A DNA stretch of 64,000 bases, taken from positions 5,504,001 to 5,568,000 of the forward strand of contig CAWAIF010000003.1 in the NCBI GenBank assembly GCA_963782055.1. Direction: 5' to 3'. Source of the DNA: an uncultured delta proteobacterium. GTDB lineage: Bacteria; Myxococcota_A; Polyangia; Polyangiales; Polyangiaceae. Shown one piece after another: positions 53,282 through 63,529 of this stretch. Under the pieces are notes generated by a model. It saw nothing but the letters and a program-made list of their open reading frames with translations, had not been told where the DNA came from and ran no database searches. The first letter of the stretch is position 1. Each line of letters starts with the position of its first letter. Both the position numbers and the translations under genes were made by a program.

Positions 53282-54210
53282 GCGCTTCTCGTGATGGGGT
53301 CGTCGCCCCCTGCGCCGGGTGCCGGCGAGGGTGCGTCCTTCTGCTTCTTCTTCTTCTTGCCGCGGTCTCGCGCCCAGAGGAGGGCGAGGAAGCCGCCGAA
53401 CACGACCAGCGTCACCGCTCCGGCGAGCTGCATGACGTGCATGGCAAAGAGCGAGTACTTACGGCCCTGCGGATCGTAGTGGTAGCAATACAGGATGATC
53501 TTATCGACCGTCGTGATCGACTTGCCCTGCGAGGCCTCCAGCAGGCCGAGGCGCATGTCGTTGGGCGAGTACTCGATGCCGTAGAGGTAACGGGCGATCT
53601 TCCCGTTCGGCTTCACCAGCATGATGGCCGAGGGGTGAGCGTACTGCCCCTGCGCCTCGTCGTAGTGGTACTTCCAGCCCACCGCCTTGGTCACTTCGTG
53701 GATCTGGTCGTCGTGGCCGACGAGGAAGTGCCAGCCCGCGGCGGCGCCGGGGCGACCGTAGCTGCCGATCAGCTCCTTCTTCTTGTCGGAGGCGACCTTC
53801 ACCGTGTCGCGCGGGTCGAAGCTCAGGGTGATGACCGTGAACTCCTTGCCGATGGTCCAGGGGATCTGCTTCAGGCCGTCGACCACCGCCTTCTGCACCA
53901 GGCTGCAGAGCACCGGGCACGAGTGGTAGGCGAGCACCAGCAGCACGGGGCGCTTGCCGTCGAAGAGGTCGCCCAGGCGCACGGCCTTGCCCGTGTCGTC
54001 CTGGAACATCGCGTCCATCGGGAGCTGGCCGTCGAGGTGCTCGTCGATGCCGATGTCGTTGAGCAGCGGCGGGACGTAGTTGTTGGCGCTCGCCGGGGTA
54101 GGCCCCCCGCCGACGGTGGGCACCTGGGCGTGCGCAGGCACGGAGAAGCCCAGGACGATCGCGACCGCGACCGCCATGAAGCTCCACCAGATTGCCCGCA
54201 CGTGAATCAT
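53278..54210 (-). CDS. SCO-family copper chaperone
   Basis: YHSCPVLC, SFDPRDT, YAHPSA, RYLYGI, LYCYHYDP and a C-terminal TM helix; start uncertain. Confidence 0.87.
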   Translation of the reverse strand: MIHVRAIWWSFMAVAVAIVLGFSVPAHAQVPTVGGGPTPASANNYVPPLLNDIGIDEHLDGQLPMDAMFQDDTGKAVRLGDLFDGKRPVLLVLAYHSCPVLCSLVQKAVVDGLKQIPWTIGKEFTVITLSFDPRDTVKVASDKKKELIGSYGRPGAAAGWHFLVGHDDQIHEVTKAVGWKYHYDEAQGQYAHPSAIMLVKPNGKIARYLYGIEYSPNDMRLGLLEASQGKSITTVDKIILYCYHYDPQGRKYSLFAMHVMQLAGAVTLVVFGGFLALLWARDRGKKKKKQKDAPSPAPGAGGDDPITRSA

Positions 54211-54214
54211 TCTT

Positions 54215-54781
54215 TCAGGGTCCTGCATCATGCGGCGGAGTGTGGGGCACGCCCCCCGCATCGACCACCGTCACCGTGGATTTTCCAGCGTCCGCCGCCA
54301 TCGGGGCGATCGTGTGCATCGGCGCGGCACCCGCGTCGGCCATCTCGGGCATCGCGCCCGCGTCCGCCGCCATCGTCCCGCCGTCGGTCATGAGCTCGCC
54401 GCCGTCGCCCATCTCCTCGGCGCCCCCGTCGGGCATGATCTGAGGCGGCAGGTGGACGTGGTGCTTGCGCTGCACCCACCCCTCGAGCGGGGCGATGTCG
54501 TCGGAGGGGCGCGGCTCGACGGCCTCGTCGTAGCCACGGCCCTTGGACGCGAGCTGCTGCATCGCCACGTCGATGGGCACCGGGCTCTGCGTGAGGTGCT
54601 TCTCCTCCTCCGCCCGCGTCCGATCGCGCTGCGTGGTGTCCGGGAGCAGCGTGTGCTCGTAGCTCTCGGTCATGTCCAGGTAGTACGAGCCCAGGATGAA
54701 CTTGACCGCCACGAGCAGGAAGATCGCCAGGAGGCCGATCGTGAACAGCATCCGGGTCTTGGGCTGGGTGTTTTCGACCAT
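54215..54781 (-). CDS. Single-TM protein, probable ActG-like accessory subunit
   Basis: Position after actF; one TM helix and VPIDVAM motif; DAG-rich tail. Confidence 0.55.
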   Translation of the reverse strand: MVENTQPKTRMLFTIGLLAIFLLVAVKFILGSYYLDMTESYEHTLLPDTTQRDRTRAEEEKHLTQSPVPIDVAMQQLASKGRGYDEAVEPRPSDDIAPLEGWVQRKHHVHLPPQIMPDGGAEEMGDGGELMTDGGTMAADAGAMPEMADAGAAPMHTIAPMAADAGKSTVTVVDAGGVPHTPPHDAGP

Positions 54782-54794
54782 CGGTCCGTCCGTC

Positions 54795-56444
54795 TCACGC
54801 GTTCTGGAAGTGCAGCGACCGGTCTAGCCGCGGGTCGCCGATGGGGATGATGGCCTGGCGCGTCATCGTCCAGAAGACGAGCGCGAGATACAGGCCAACG
54901 GGGCCCATCAGGCAGAAGAGGTCCATCCAGTGGATGCTGAACGTCGTCTGGTGCGGGACGTTCGGCATGACCAGCCAGTAGATGTCCACGATGTGCAGGC
55001 AGAGGAGCATGATCGCGCCCCACTTCAGCGTGCTCAGGTTGCGCTTGATGTTGCGCGACATGATGAAGACGAAGGGCACGAGGAAGTGGAGGAAGATGAT
55101 GAGCAGGCTGATCGTCTTCCAGGGGCCGACGTCCCACCGGTGGTGGAAGAAGGTCGTCTCCTCCGGGAGCGCCGCGTACCAGATGAGCATGAACTGCGAG
55201 AAGCAGACGTACGCCCAGAAGCACATGAAGCCGAAGAGCAGCTTGCCGAGGTCGTGGTAGTGCTCGACGTTCACCTCCTTGGTGAGGAGGTTGTCCTGGC
55301 GCATCGAGAGGAAGGTGAGGATGAGCAGGGCGTTGATGACCATCGCCGCGCCCGACCAGAAGGTCACCCCGAAGATCGTCGAGTACCAGGAGGGCTCGAG
55401 CGACATGATCCAGTCGAAGGCGGCGAAGGTCATCGAGAAGGCGAGGAGCACCAGGCCGGGCGCGGAGAAGCGCTGCAGCCTCTTGGTGACCATCGGGTCC
55501 TTGGAGCGATCCTGCCCCACGGAGGTGCGAAAGAGGAAGGTGCCGAGGAGGATCCACACCCCGAGGTAGATCACCATGCGGCCGTAGAAGAAGCCGCGAC
55601 GCAGCCACCACGTCTTCGACTTCATCACCTCTTCGTGGTGGACCTCCTCCGGGGAGGGACGGCGGTGGTGCACGGCGCCGCGAACGCCGAGGCCGCCGAG
55701 CGCCGCCGGGACGTGGTCCGCCCTGTTGGGCGGGAACCCGCGGCCCATGCCGCGGGGCTGGATGTCGTTGGCGGCGAGCTCGGCCGAGGAGGGAGTCTCG
55801 TCGGCGGCCGCCGTGGCGCGATCGGGTGAGGATGCGTCCAGCGCGGCGTGCTCGCTCTCGCCGGGCACCGTCAGGTTCGGCTCGGTGGTCTTCAGCCAGG
55901 CGCCGAAGAGGGTGTTGGACGTGAGGACGACCGGAATGATGAGCACGACCAGGATGGGCGTGGCGGCGGCGAAGCACTCGGCGGTGCGACGCACCGTCAC
56001 GCTCCAGCCCGCGGAGCTGAGGTGCTGGATGATGACCCAGAAGATGGCGCCGAGCGCGAAGGTCACCGCGACGAGGAAGCCGAACAGCCAGGCGTAGGCG
56101 AAGCGCACCGGGTCGCGCGCGTAGCCGGCGGCGGCGCCGACGAGGCCGACGGCCCCGATGCCCGCCCACACCTTCCACACGTTGGCCCACTTGTGGCTCG
56201 CCGGCAGGACGTAATCGTCCCCTTCCTTCTTCTTCTTCGGCTTCTCCGACTTGCCGCCTTCGCCCTTCTTGGCGGACTTCTCGGACTTGGCCTCCGACTT
56301 CTTCTCGCCCTTGGCCTCTTCCGACTTCTTCTCGGACTTGGCCTCCGACTTCTTCTCGGACTTGGCCTCCGACTTCTTCTCGGACTTGGCCTCGCCCTCG
56401 GCGGCGCCCTTCTTGGCCTTCTTCTCGTCTTTTTCGTCGCTCAC
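54795..56444 (-). CDS. actF: Alternative complex III subunit ActF
   Basis: WSVTVRR.AE, FDWIMSLEPSWYSTIFG, HYHDLGKLLFGF..FWAY..FSQFMLIWY..LPEE. Confidence 0.9.
   Translation of the reverse strand: MSDEKDEKKAKKGAAEGEAKSEKKSEAKSEKKSEAKSEKKSEEAKGEKKSEAKSEKSAKKGEGGKSEKPKKKKEGDDYVLPASHKWANVWKVWAGIGAVGLVGAAAGYARDPVRFAYAWLFGFLVAVTFALGAIFWVIIQHLSSAGWSVTVRRTAECFAAATPILVVLIIPVVLTSNTLFGAWLKTTEPNLTVPGESEHAALDASSPDRATAAADETPSSAELAANDIQPRGMGRGFPPNRADHVPAALGGLGVRGAVHHRRPSPEEVHHEEVMKSKTWWLRRGFFYGRMVIYLGVWILLGTFLFRTSVGQDRSKDPMVTKRLQRFSAPGLVLLAFSMTFAAFDWIMSLEPSWYSTIFGVTFWSGAAMVINALLILTFLSMRQDNLLTKEVNVEHYHDLGKLLFGFMCFWAYVCFSQFMLIWYAALPEETTFFHHRWDVGPWKTISLLIIFLHFLVPFVFIMSRNIKRNLSTLKWGAIMLLCLHIVDIYWLVMPNVPHQTTFSIHWMDLFCLMGPVGLYLALVFWTMTRQAIIPIGDPRLDRSLHFQNA
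56276..56393 (-). repeat. 24-nt tandem repeat encoding (EAKSEKKS)n in the ActF N-terminus
   Basis: About five copies of CTTCTCGGACTTGGCCTCCGACTT-like units. Confidence 0.85.
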
Positions 56445-57049
56445 GGCTTCTTCTCCGGGGCAACATTCGCCTGGCTGATCTGGAGCGCGCGGACGTACGC
56501 CACGATCGCCCAGCGGTCGTCGGTGGGGACCTGCGGGCCATACGCGGGCATGTTGCGCACGCCGTTCTCGATGGTCGCGAAGATCTGCCCGTCGGGCATG
56601 TGGCGGATCCGATCCTGGTGGTAGGTGGGCGGCTGCGTCATGCCGCGCTGGACCGCGAGGCCGTGGCCGTCGCCGTCCAGCCCGTGGCACACCGAGCAGT
56701 AGATCCCGAAGCGCTCCTTGCCGCGGGCGAGCATGCGGTCCATCCCGCCGAAGTGGTCGACCATCTCCTGCGGGATGGTGAGGACATAGCCCGTCTTGTC
56801 GGGCAGCCGCCCGTGGGCGATGCGCGGGTCGATTTCCTCCTCGCGGGCGATGGTGCCGGCGACCGGCTGGCGCATGTTGCGCTCGTCGGCAAAGAAGGTG
56901 TTCCCCTGCTGCATCGAGTACTTCGGCTGGTGGTACATGTTGCGGATCCAGGTGATCGGCGGCTTGTCCGATGTCTGGCCGCGACACGCGGCGAGCACGG
57001 AGGCGAACCCGATGGCCCCTCCGAGCACGAGCAGGTGGCGAGCGCTCAC
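56441..57049 (-). CDS. actE: Alternative complex III subunit ActE (monoheme c lipoprotein)
   Basis: LAACRG lipobox, M..QPK, PV.GTIAR, CSVCHG, MPAY, DRWAIVAYVRALQ. Confidence 0.9.
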   Translation of the reverse strand: MSARHLLVLGGAIGFASVLAACRGQTSDKPPITWIRNMYHQPKYSMQQGNTFFADERNMRQPVAGTIAREEEIDPRIAHGRLPDKTGYVLTIPQEMVDHFGGMDRMLARGKERFGIYCSVCHGLDGDGHGLAVQRGMTQPPTYHQDRIRHMPDGQIFATIENGVRNMPAYGPQVPTDDRWAIVAYVRALQISQANVAPEKKP

Positions 57050-57972
57050 GAGTGCGCCTCCTTCGCTTCCGCTTCCTCGACCTCGACCTCGTCCTCGACG
57101 AGCTCCACGGCCAGGGCGTGGGTCTTCTCGAGCAGGGCCCGGGTCTTGTCCATGTCGAACTTGGGGTCCTCCACCTCGATCGAGATGAAGAACTGGTCGT
57201 CGGTGGCGCTGCGGAAGCGCTCCGACTCGAAGAGCGGGTGGTTGTGGCGGGGCAGCTTGTTCATGCCGAGCATCGTCAGGATGGCGCCCCACGCGGAGGC
57301 GAGGACCATGAGCTCGAACATGATGGGGACCGACGACGGCAGGGAGAAGCCGGGCTTGTCGCCGATGGGGATGCGGTAGTCGACGCCACCCATCCACCAC
57401 ATCATCAGGTAGGCGCCGGTGACGCCGCAGAAGCCGGCGGCGAAGACGAAGAAGCCGAGCTTGCTGTCCTTGAGGCCCATCGCCGCGTCCATCCCGTGGA
57501 CCGGGAAGGGCGAGTGGGAGTCCCACTTGGTGTAGCCGGCGTCGCGCACCTTCTCGGCCGCGTGCAGGATCTTGGCGGAGGAGTCGTACTGGGCGAGCAG
57601 CAGGGCGGGACGCTTCTTCTTCGGACGCGCGGGGGGCGCATCCTCCTCGTCCTCGTCCTCCTCGTCCTCGTCGTCCTCGTCGTCCTCTTCGTCCTCGTCC
57701 TCTTCTTCTTCTTCTTCGCCGTCGTCGCCCTCGTCCTCGTGGCGCGCAGGGGCGGCGGACTTCTTCTCCTCCGCCTCCTCGGCGTCCGGCGCGGACTTGG
57801 CCTCCGACGCCTCGTCCTTCTTGGGCTCGTCCTTCGCGGACGCGTCCTTCTTGGACTCGGCCTTCGCGGACGCGTCCTTCTTGGACTCGGCCTTCTCCGG
57901 CTCGGCCTTCTCGGACGCGTCCTTCTTGGACTCGTCCTTCTCGGTCTCTTTGCTCTTGGGATCCTCAGCCAT
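57046..57972 (-). CDS. actD: Alternative complex III subunit ActD (DUF3341) with charged N-terminal extension
   Basis: HSPFPVHGMD.AMG, YRIPIGDKP, P..FEL.VL, DDQFFISIE; N-terminal KKDAS repeats and an acidic tract. Confidence 0.9.
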   Translation of the reverse strand: MAEDPKSKETEKDESKKDASEKAEPEKAESKKDASAKAESKKDASAKDEPKKDEASEAKSAPDAEEAEEKKSAAPARHEDEGDDGEEEEEEDEDEEDDEDDEDEEDEDEEDAPPARPKKKRPALLLAQYDSSAKILHAAEKVRDAGYTKWDSHSPFPVHGMDAAMGLKDSKLGFFVFAAGFCGVTGAYLMMWWMGGVDYRIPIGDKPGFSLPSSVPIMFELMVLASAWGAILTMLGMNKLPRHNHPLFESERFRSATDDQFFISIEVEDPKFDMDKTRALLEKTHALAVELVEDEVEVEEAEAKEAHS

Positions 57973-57975
57973 CGC

Positions 57976-59418
57976 TCACTCTCCAGGGGCCAGAGCCGCG
58001 TCGCCGGCGTGCGCGTGCTCTTCGGCGTGGTGCGATTCGTCGTGCGGGTTGGCCTGCGGCATGACGCCCTTGACCTCCGAGATGGCGACCATCGGCACCC
58101 AGCGAATGAACAGCAGGAAGCAGGTGAAGAAGAGGCCGAGCGTCCCGGTGAAGGTGCAGACGTCGAGCATCGTCGGGCGGTAGTAGCCCCAGGACGAGGG
58201 CAGGAAGTCGCGGTGCAGCGAGGTGACGATGAGCACGAAGCGCTCGAACCACATGCCGATGTTCACCGCGATGGAGATGACGAACATCACCGGGATGCTG
58301 GTGCGCAGCTTCTTGAACCAGAAGAGCTGCGGCGAGATCACGTTGCAGGTGATCATCGTCCAGTAGGCCCAGGCGTACGGGCCGAAGGCGCGGTTGAGGA
58401 AGGCGTACTTCTCGTACTCGTTGCCCGAGTACGCCGCGATGAAGAACTCCATGCCGTACGAGTAGCCAACCAGGCTGCCCGTCACGAGGATGATCTTGTT
58501 CATCAGCTCGAGGTGCTTGAGCGTGATGACCGACTTCATCCCGTAGACCGCGCGGGTGACGATCATCAGGGTCTGCACCATCGCGAAGCCGGAGAAGACG
58601 GCGCCGGCGACGAAGTACGGCGGGAAGATCGTCGTGTGCCAGCCGGGGAGCACCGCGGTGGCGAAGTCGAAGGAGACGACCGAGTGCACCGAGAGGACCA
58701 GCGGCGTGGAGAGGGCCGCCAGGATCAGGTACATGCGCTCGTAGTGCTGCCAGTGGCGGTTCGCGCCGCGCCAGCCGAGGGAGAGGAACCCGTAGACGGC
58801 GCGGCGGATCTTGCCGCGGCGGCCTGTCATGCCCATCGCGCGGTCGCGGAGCAGCGCCAGGTCCGGGATGAGGCCGGAGTACCAGAAGAGCAGCGAGACG
58901 GTGAAGTAGGTGCTGACCGCGAAGAGGTCCCAGATGAGCGGGCTCTTGAAGTTCGGCCAGATCCCCATCTGATTGGGGATCGGGAACATGTAGTACGCGT
59001 ACCAGACGCGCCCGACGTGGATGCCCGGGAAGAGCAAGGCGCAGATGACGGCGAAGATCGTCATCGCCTCCGCCGCGCGGTTGATGCCGGTGCGCCACTT
59101 CTGCCGGAAGATGAAGAGGACCGCGCTGATGAGCGTGCCGGCGTGACCGATACCGATCCACCAGACGAAGTTGGTGATGTCCCACGCCCAGTACACCGGC
59201 GCGTTGTTTCCCCAGACGCCGACGCCCTCCCAGAAGAGGTAGCCGATGGTCGTGAAGAGGATCCCGGTGAAGGTGGACGTGATCATGAAGGCGATCCACC
59301 AGTTGCGTGGCGCCTTCTTCTCCGTCACGCCGCAGACCGTGTCGCTCACCTCATGGAAGGACATGCCCTCCTTGGTGAGGTAGGTCTCTCCGATTGCCTT
59401 GATGGGACGATTGCTCAT
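57976..59418 (-). CDS. actC: Alternative complex III subunit ActC (NrfD/PsrC family)
   Basis: [62 protein letters not shown]. Confidence 0.95.
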   Translation of the reverse strand: MSNRPIKAIGETYLTKEGMSFHEVSDTVCGVTEKKAPRNWWIAFMITSTFTGILFTTIGYLFWEGVGVWGNNAPVYWAWDITNFVWWIGIGHAGTLISAVLFIFRQKWRTGINRAAEAMTIFAVICALLFPGIHVGRVWYAYYMFPIPNQMGIWPNFKSPLIWDLFAVSTYFTVSLLFWYSGLIPDLALLRDRAMGMTGRRGKIRRAVYGFLSLGWRGANRHWQHYERMYLILAALSTPLVLSVHSVVSFDFATAVLPGWHTTIFPPYFVAGAVFSGFAMVQTLMIVTRAVYGMKSVITLKHLELMNKIILVTGSLVGYSYGMEFFIAAYSGNEYEKYAFLNRAFGPYAWAYWTMITCNVISPQLFWFKKLRTSIPVMFVISIAVNIGMWFERFVLIVTSLHRDFLPSSWGYYRPTMLDVCTFTGTLGLFFTCFLLFIRWVPMVAISEVKGVMPQANPHDESHHAEEHAHAGDAALAPGE

Positions 59419-59430
59419 CAGGCCGTCCTC

Positions 59431-62400
59431 CTACTCGTGCGAGGGGCCATGGCCCTCGCCCTCTCCGGGCGCCGCCGGGCCCTGGAGCTCTCGATTGGGA
59501 TTGCGGATCTTCCCGAGGTGATGCGTACGCGGCCGCGTGCCGACCTCCGCGAGGAGGGCGTAGCTGCGGTCGAGCTTGTACAGGTGCGTGACATCGTCCT
59601 TGGGGTTGTTGAGATCGCCGAAGACGATGGCGTCGGCCGGGCAGGTCTGCTGGCAGGCCGTCTTGATCTCGTTCGGCCGCATGGCGCGGTCCTCACGCCG
59701 GGCGGCGATCTTGGCTTCCTCGATGCGCTGCGTGCAGTAGGAGCACTTCTCCATGACGCCGCGCATGCGCACGGTGACGTTCGGGTTGAAGGCCATCTTC
59801 TCGGTCTCCGGCATGTCGCCGTACATCGAGCCGATGGCCGCGGGCACCGTGTAGCCGCGCCAGTTGAGGAAGTTGAAGCGGCGGACCTTGTAGGGGCAGT
59901 TGTTGCCGCAGTAGCGAGTGCCGATGCAGCGGTTGTACGTCATGTCGTTCAGGCCCTCGGCGCTGTGCGACGTGGCGTTGACCGGGCAGACGTTCTCGCA
60001 GGGGGCCTCCTCGCACTGCACGCAGGCGACGGGCTGGAAGGCGACCTCCGGGCTGGTCTCGTCGTCGCCGACGAAGTAGCGGTCGATGCGGAGCCAGTGC
60101 ATCTCGCGGCCGCGGTAGACCTGCGTCTTGCCCACGAAGGCGATGTTGTTCTCGGCGATGCACGCCACCACGCACGCGTTACAGCCGGTGCACGTGGTGA
60201 GGTCGATCGACATCCCCCACTTGTGGTCCTTGTACTGGATGGGATCCCACAGGGGCAGGGTCTTCGGCGTGGGCGAGCGGTACTTGGTGAAGCGCGGGTC
60301 GTCGCGGTACTGGGCGATGGTCGCGTCCAGCGCGAGGGGGCGCCCCTCCATCGAGTGGTGATCCTGCGTCTGGACGATGTGGTAGGTCGCGCCGGTCTTC
60401 TGGACCTTCACGCCGTCGGCCATCTGCATCGCCGCGGTGGTGCGCAGCGGGTAGGCGTCGAAGCCGGTGCCGTTGCCGTAGCGGCCGGCGGACTTGCGCC
60501 CCCAGCCGAGGGTGAGGCCGACGCTGTCGTCGGGGTGACCGGGCTGGATCCACACCGCGGCCTCGACCGGCTGCGCGCCGTCGCGGCTGATGGTGACCAT
60601 GTCGCCCGCCTGCAGCCCGAGGGCGGCGGCGGTCTTGGCCGAGAAGAGCGCGGCGTTGTCCCAGACGATCTTCGTCATGGGCTCGGGCAGCTCCTGCAGC
60701 CACGGGTTGTTGGCGTGGCGGCCGTCGTGCATCTTCGCGCAGGGCGTGAAGGTGACCTCCAGGTTGCCGTTGCCGATGGCCTTGGGCGCGGGCGCCTTCT
60801 TCAGGGCGCCGGCGACGTCGTCGAGGGTCGCGCGGGCGTCGAAGGTGACCGAGTTGCTGTCGATCACGAAGCCGCGGCGGAGCGCGGTGTCCCACGCGCC
60901 CTCGAAGCCGTGCGCGGAGGCGGCGGAGGAGCGGAAGGTGGTCTGCACCAGCTCGTGCCCGATGGGCTTCTCGCCGGCGAGGACCGCGAGCACCTCGATG
61001 GCGGTGCGGCCGTAGAACAGCGGCGCGATGAGCGGCTGCTGCAGCGACCACGTGCCGTCGATGGCGCGGGCGTCGCCCCAGCTCTCCAGGTCGTGCGCCA
61101 TGGGCACGTGCCAGGCGACCTTCTCGCCCGTCTCGTCGAAGTGCGACGCGACGTGGATCGACATGGCCGCCTTGCCGATGGCGTCGGCGATCTTCACGTC
61201 CGACGGGGCGTCGTAGACCGGGTTGCCGCCCAGGATGAGCAGCGTGTCGACCTTGCCCTGGGCGAGGTCGTCCGCGAGGACCTTGAGGTCGGCGGCGAGA
61301 TCGGGCGGCTCGGTGGTGTCGACCACCGGGGCGTAGGTCACCGTGCGGCCGACGTTGTCGAGCGCGGTGTTCATCGCGTGGACGAGGGCGTGGACGTGCG
61401 CGGGCTGCCGGCGGCCGGCGACGACGACGCACTGCCCCTTGTGGGCGATCAGCTCCTTGGCGATCTCCTTGATCCACTTCTCCGGCACGTTCGACTTGGC
61501 GCCGCCGACGGCGTCCTTCACGGCGCCGAGCTCGGCGCCCTGGGCGGCGAGCTCCGCGGCCAGGGCGCGCGCGTAGGTCTCGATGTCGTGCGCGGCGAGG
61601 CGCAGGCGGTGATCGGCGTTGGCGCCGGTGACGGTGTGCAGCGGCTCGACGACGAACAGACGCGACATGGTGTCGCGCGGGCGCAGGACCCGTCGACCAC
61701 GGGAGAACTGCTTCGTCGCGCGCAGCGCGCCTTGCTCCGTCTGCAGGAAGTCGGAGTCCAGCGAGAGGATGACGCGCGCGGCGCGGTAGTCGGGCAGCGG
61801 CGTGGTGGCCTGCCCGAAGGCGATGCGCGCGCCCTCGCGGGAGTTGGACTCGGAGACGGGGGCGTAGACGTGCACGCGGGCGTGCGGCAGACGGGCGCGC
61901 GCGGCCTCCAGCAGCCGCATCACCGTCGGCGAGACGGTGGGCTGCATGAGCACGCGGAACTTGGCCCCGCCGTCGGCGAGGGCGGCGCGCACCGCGCCGT
62001 CGAACGCCTTGTCGAAGGCCTCGAAGCTGGACTTCTTGCCCTTCTCGCGGACCATCGTCGAGCGATCGGCCGCGTACATGTCCATGATGGCGCCCTGCAT
62101 GAGCAGGTCGGCGGAGCCGAGGCTCGTCGGATGCTCCGGGTTGCCCTCCACCTTCGTCGGGCGGCCCTCGTGGCTCTCCACCAGCGCGCCGACCGCCTCG
62201 CCGCGGCGGTACACGACCGTCGCGTAGTGCATCGGCACGCCGGGGATCACGTACTCCGGTGCCTTGGTGTAGGGCAGGATGTGCTCCACCCCGCGGCGCA
62301 GGCAACCCTCGCTCATCAGCGCGGCGCCTGCGGCGCCGAGACCGAGGAAGCCGCGGCGCCCGAGGCGCGCCTTGGACTCCTCCGGCTTGGGCTTGATGAC

Positions 62401-62541
62401 GTCGCCCACGGCGCCAGGCTGGAACTCGAGCTCCGCGGCGGCCGCGGCGGCCTCCGGCTGGCGCTTCTCCTCCAGGCTCTTCCAGAAGACCTTGGCGCCG
62501 TCCTCCGGCGCCTGGAACTCACGCGGTTTGCGGCGGCTCAT
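59431..62541 (-). CDS. actB: Alternative complex III subunit ActB (molybdopterin-oxidoreductase-like plus Fe-S domain)
   Basis: FWKSLEE, Tat-like RRGFL, EGRPTKVEGNPEHP, ANNPWLQELP, CTGCNAC, CVQC...CENVCP, CIGTRYCGNNCP, CSYC. Confidence 0.94.
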   Translation of the reverse strand: MSRRKPREFQAPEDGAKVFWKSLEEKRQPEAAAAAAELEFQPGAVGDVIKPKPEESKARLGRRGFLGLGAAGAALMSEGCLRRGVEHILPYTKAPEYVIPGVPMHYATVVYRRGEAVGALVESHEGRPTKVEGNPEHPTSLGSADLLMQGAIMDMYAADRSTMVREKGKKSSFEAFDKAFDGAVRAALADGGAKFRVLMQPTVSPTVMRLLEAARARLPHARVHVYAPVSESNSREGARIAFGQATTPLPDYRAARVILSLDSDFLQTEQGALRATKQFSRGRRVLRPRDTMSRLFVVEPLHTVTGANADHRLRLAAHDIETYARALAAELAAQGAELGAVKDAVGGAKSNVPEKWIKEIAKELIAHKGQCVVVAGRRQPAHVHALVHAMNTALDNVGRTVTYAPVVDTTEPPDLAADLKVLADDLAQGKVDTLLILGGNPVYDAPSDVKIADAIGKAAMSIHVASHFDETGEKVAWHVPMAHDLESWGDARAIDGTWSLQQPLIAPLFYGRTAIEVLAVLAGEKPIGHELVQTTFRSSAASAHGFEGAWDTALRRGFVIDSNSVTFDARATLDDVAGALKKAPAPKAIGNGNLEVTFTPCAKMHDGRHANNPWLQELPEPMTKIVWDNAALFSAKTAAALGLQAGDMVTISRDGAQPVEAAVWIQPGHPDDSVGLTLGWGRKSAGRYGNGTGFDAYPLRTTAAMQMADGVKVQKTGATYHIVQTQDHHSMEGRPLALDATIAQYRDDPRFTKYRSPTPKTLPLWDPIQYKDHKWGMSIDLTTCTGCNACVVACIAENNIAFVGKTQVYRGREMHWLRIDRYFVGDDETSPEVAFQPVACVQCEEAPCENVCPVNATSHSAEGLNDMTYNRCIGTRYCGNNCPYKVRRFNFLNWRGYTVPAAIGSMYGDMPETEKMAFNPNVTVRMRGVMEKCSYCTQRIEEAKIAARREDRAMRPNEIKTACQQTCPADAIVFGDLNNPKDDVTHLYKLDRSYALLAEVGTRPRTHHLGKIRNPNRELQGPAAPGEGEGHGPSHE

Positions 62542-63167
62542 CGGTGACACCCCGAGCAGTACGTGGGGGGATGAACTTCGGGAGGCGTCCAGCCGGGCGG
62601 GGCCTGATCGCGCGTCCACGTCATGTTGGTGATCTGGTCCTTCGGTCGAAGGTTGGGCGTCGGGTTGCGGTGGCACTCCAGGCACCACTGCATCGCGATG
62701 GGCTGGTCCAGCCGGACGACGTCCATCTGGTCGATGCGGCCGTGGCACGTCACGCAACCGACGCCCACCGCGAGGTGGACGCTGTGGTTGAAGTAGACGT
62801 GCTCGGGCAGCTTGTGGACCTTGACCCACTTGACCGGCTTGCCCGTCTTCCAGCTCTCGCGGATGGGCTCCAGCTTCGCGCTCTTGGTTCTCACCACCGC
62901 GTGGCAGCCCATGCAGGTCTGCGTGGGCGGGATCATCGCGTGCGCCGACCGCTCGATCTGAGCGTGGCAGTAGCGACAGTCCATGCCCATCTGCCCGGCG
63001 TGCAGGCGGTGGCTGTAGGGGACGGGCTGCTCCGGCTCATAGCCGACCTGGAAATTCTTCGGCGAGAAGTAGTACCAGGGGATGCAGACGACGGCGACGA
63101 ACGCCACTGCGGACCCCAGGGTGCCGATGAGCGGCAGCTTGTTCAGGGAACGGGGGAAAATTTGCAT
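62538..63167 (-). CDS. actA: Alternative complex III subunit ActA (pentaheme cytochrome c)
   Basis: N-terminal TM helix, QPVPYSHRLH, five CxxCH motifs (CRYCH, CMGCH, CVTCH, CLECH, CSGCH). Confidence 0.95.
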   Translation of the reverse strand: MQIFPRSLNKLPLIGTLGSAVAFVAVVCIPWYYFSPKNFQVGYEPEQPVPYSHRLHAGQMGMDCRYCHAQIERSAHAMIPPTQTCMGCHAVVRTKSAKLEPIRESWKTGKPVKWVKVHKLPEHVYFNHSVHLAVGVGCVTCHGRIDQMDVVRLDQPIAMQWCLECHRNPTPNLRPKDQITNMTWTRDQAPPGWTPPEVHPPTYCSGCHR

Positions 63168-63529
63168 CGCTGCGTTGGCCTTGTTCGGGCGCGGGCCCCG
63201 AGAGGCACTCGAACGTCACGACGAGCCGCCCCAACGGATGGCGGAGCCGGTTTGCGGGGTCCGTTCACGCGGGCCACACGCCCCTGCTCGGACGCTGGAA
63301 TGCGGCCGCACTTATAAGAGAGCAGGGCGGCGCTATACAACCCCGTTGATGGTGCCCGACGCAGTTTCCTGGGTGCGTGTGTGCGAGCGCTTCCGGAGTC
63401 GCCAAATTCGCGAAATGGTTTCGCTCCCTCCATGCCAAAGGGACAGCGGGCGGGGCAGCAGCGCTCAACCCGAGCGCCCGGGCGCGTGGCGGAGGGCCCC
63501 GAGGAGGCGCGGCGCCGGGCGCGTTTTGC

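Noticed and set aside
56276..57950. Short repeats as a CRISPR array
   Set aside because: In-frame coding repeats without unique spacers; no cas genes in the window
56971..62547. 1858-aa plus-strand ORF
   Set aside because: Antisense shadow of actB/C/D; stop codons are scarce in high-GC DNA and no motif is recognisable
63168..63529. Riboswitch or sRNA upstream of actA
   Set aside because: Some AT-rich promoter-like patches, but no recognisable conserved RNA motif by eye
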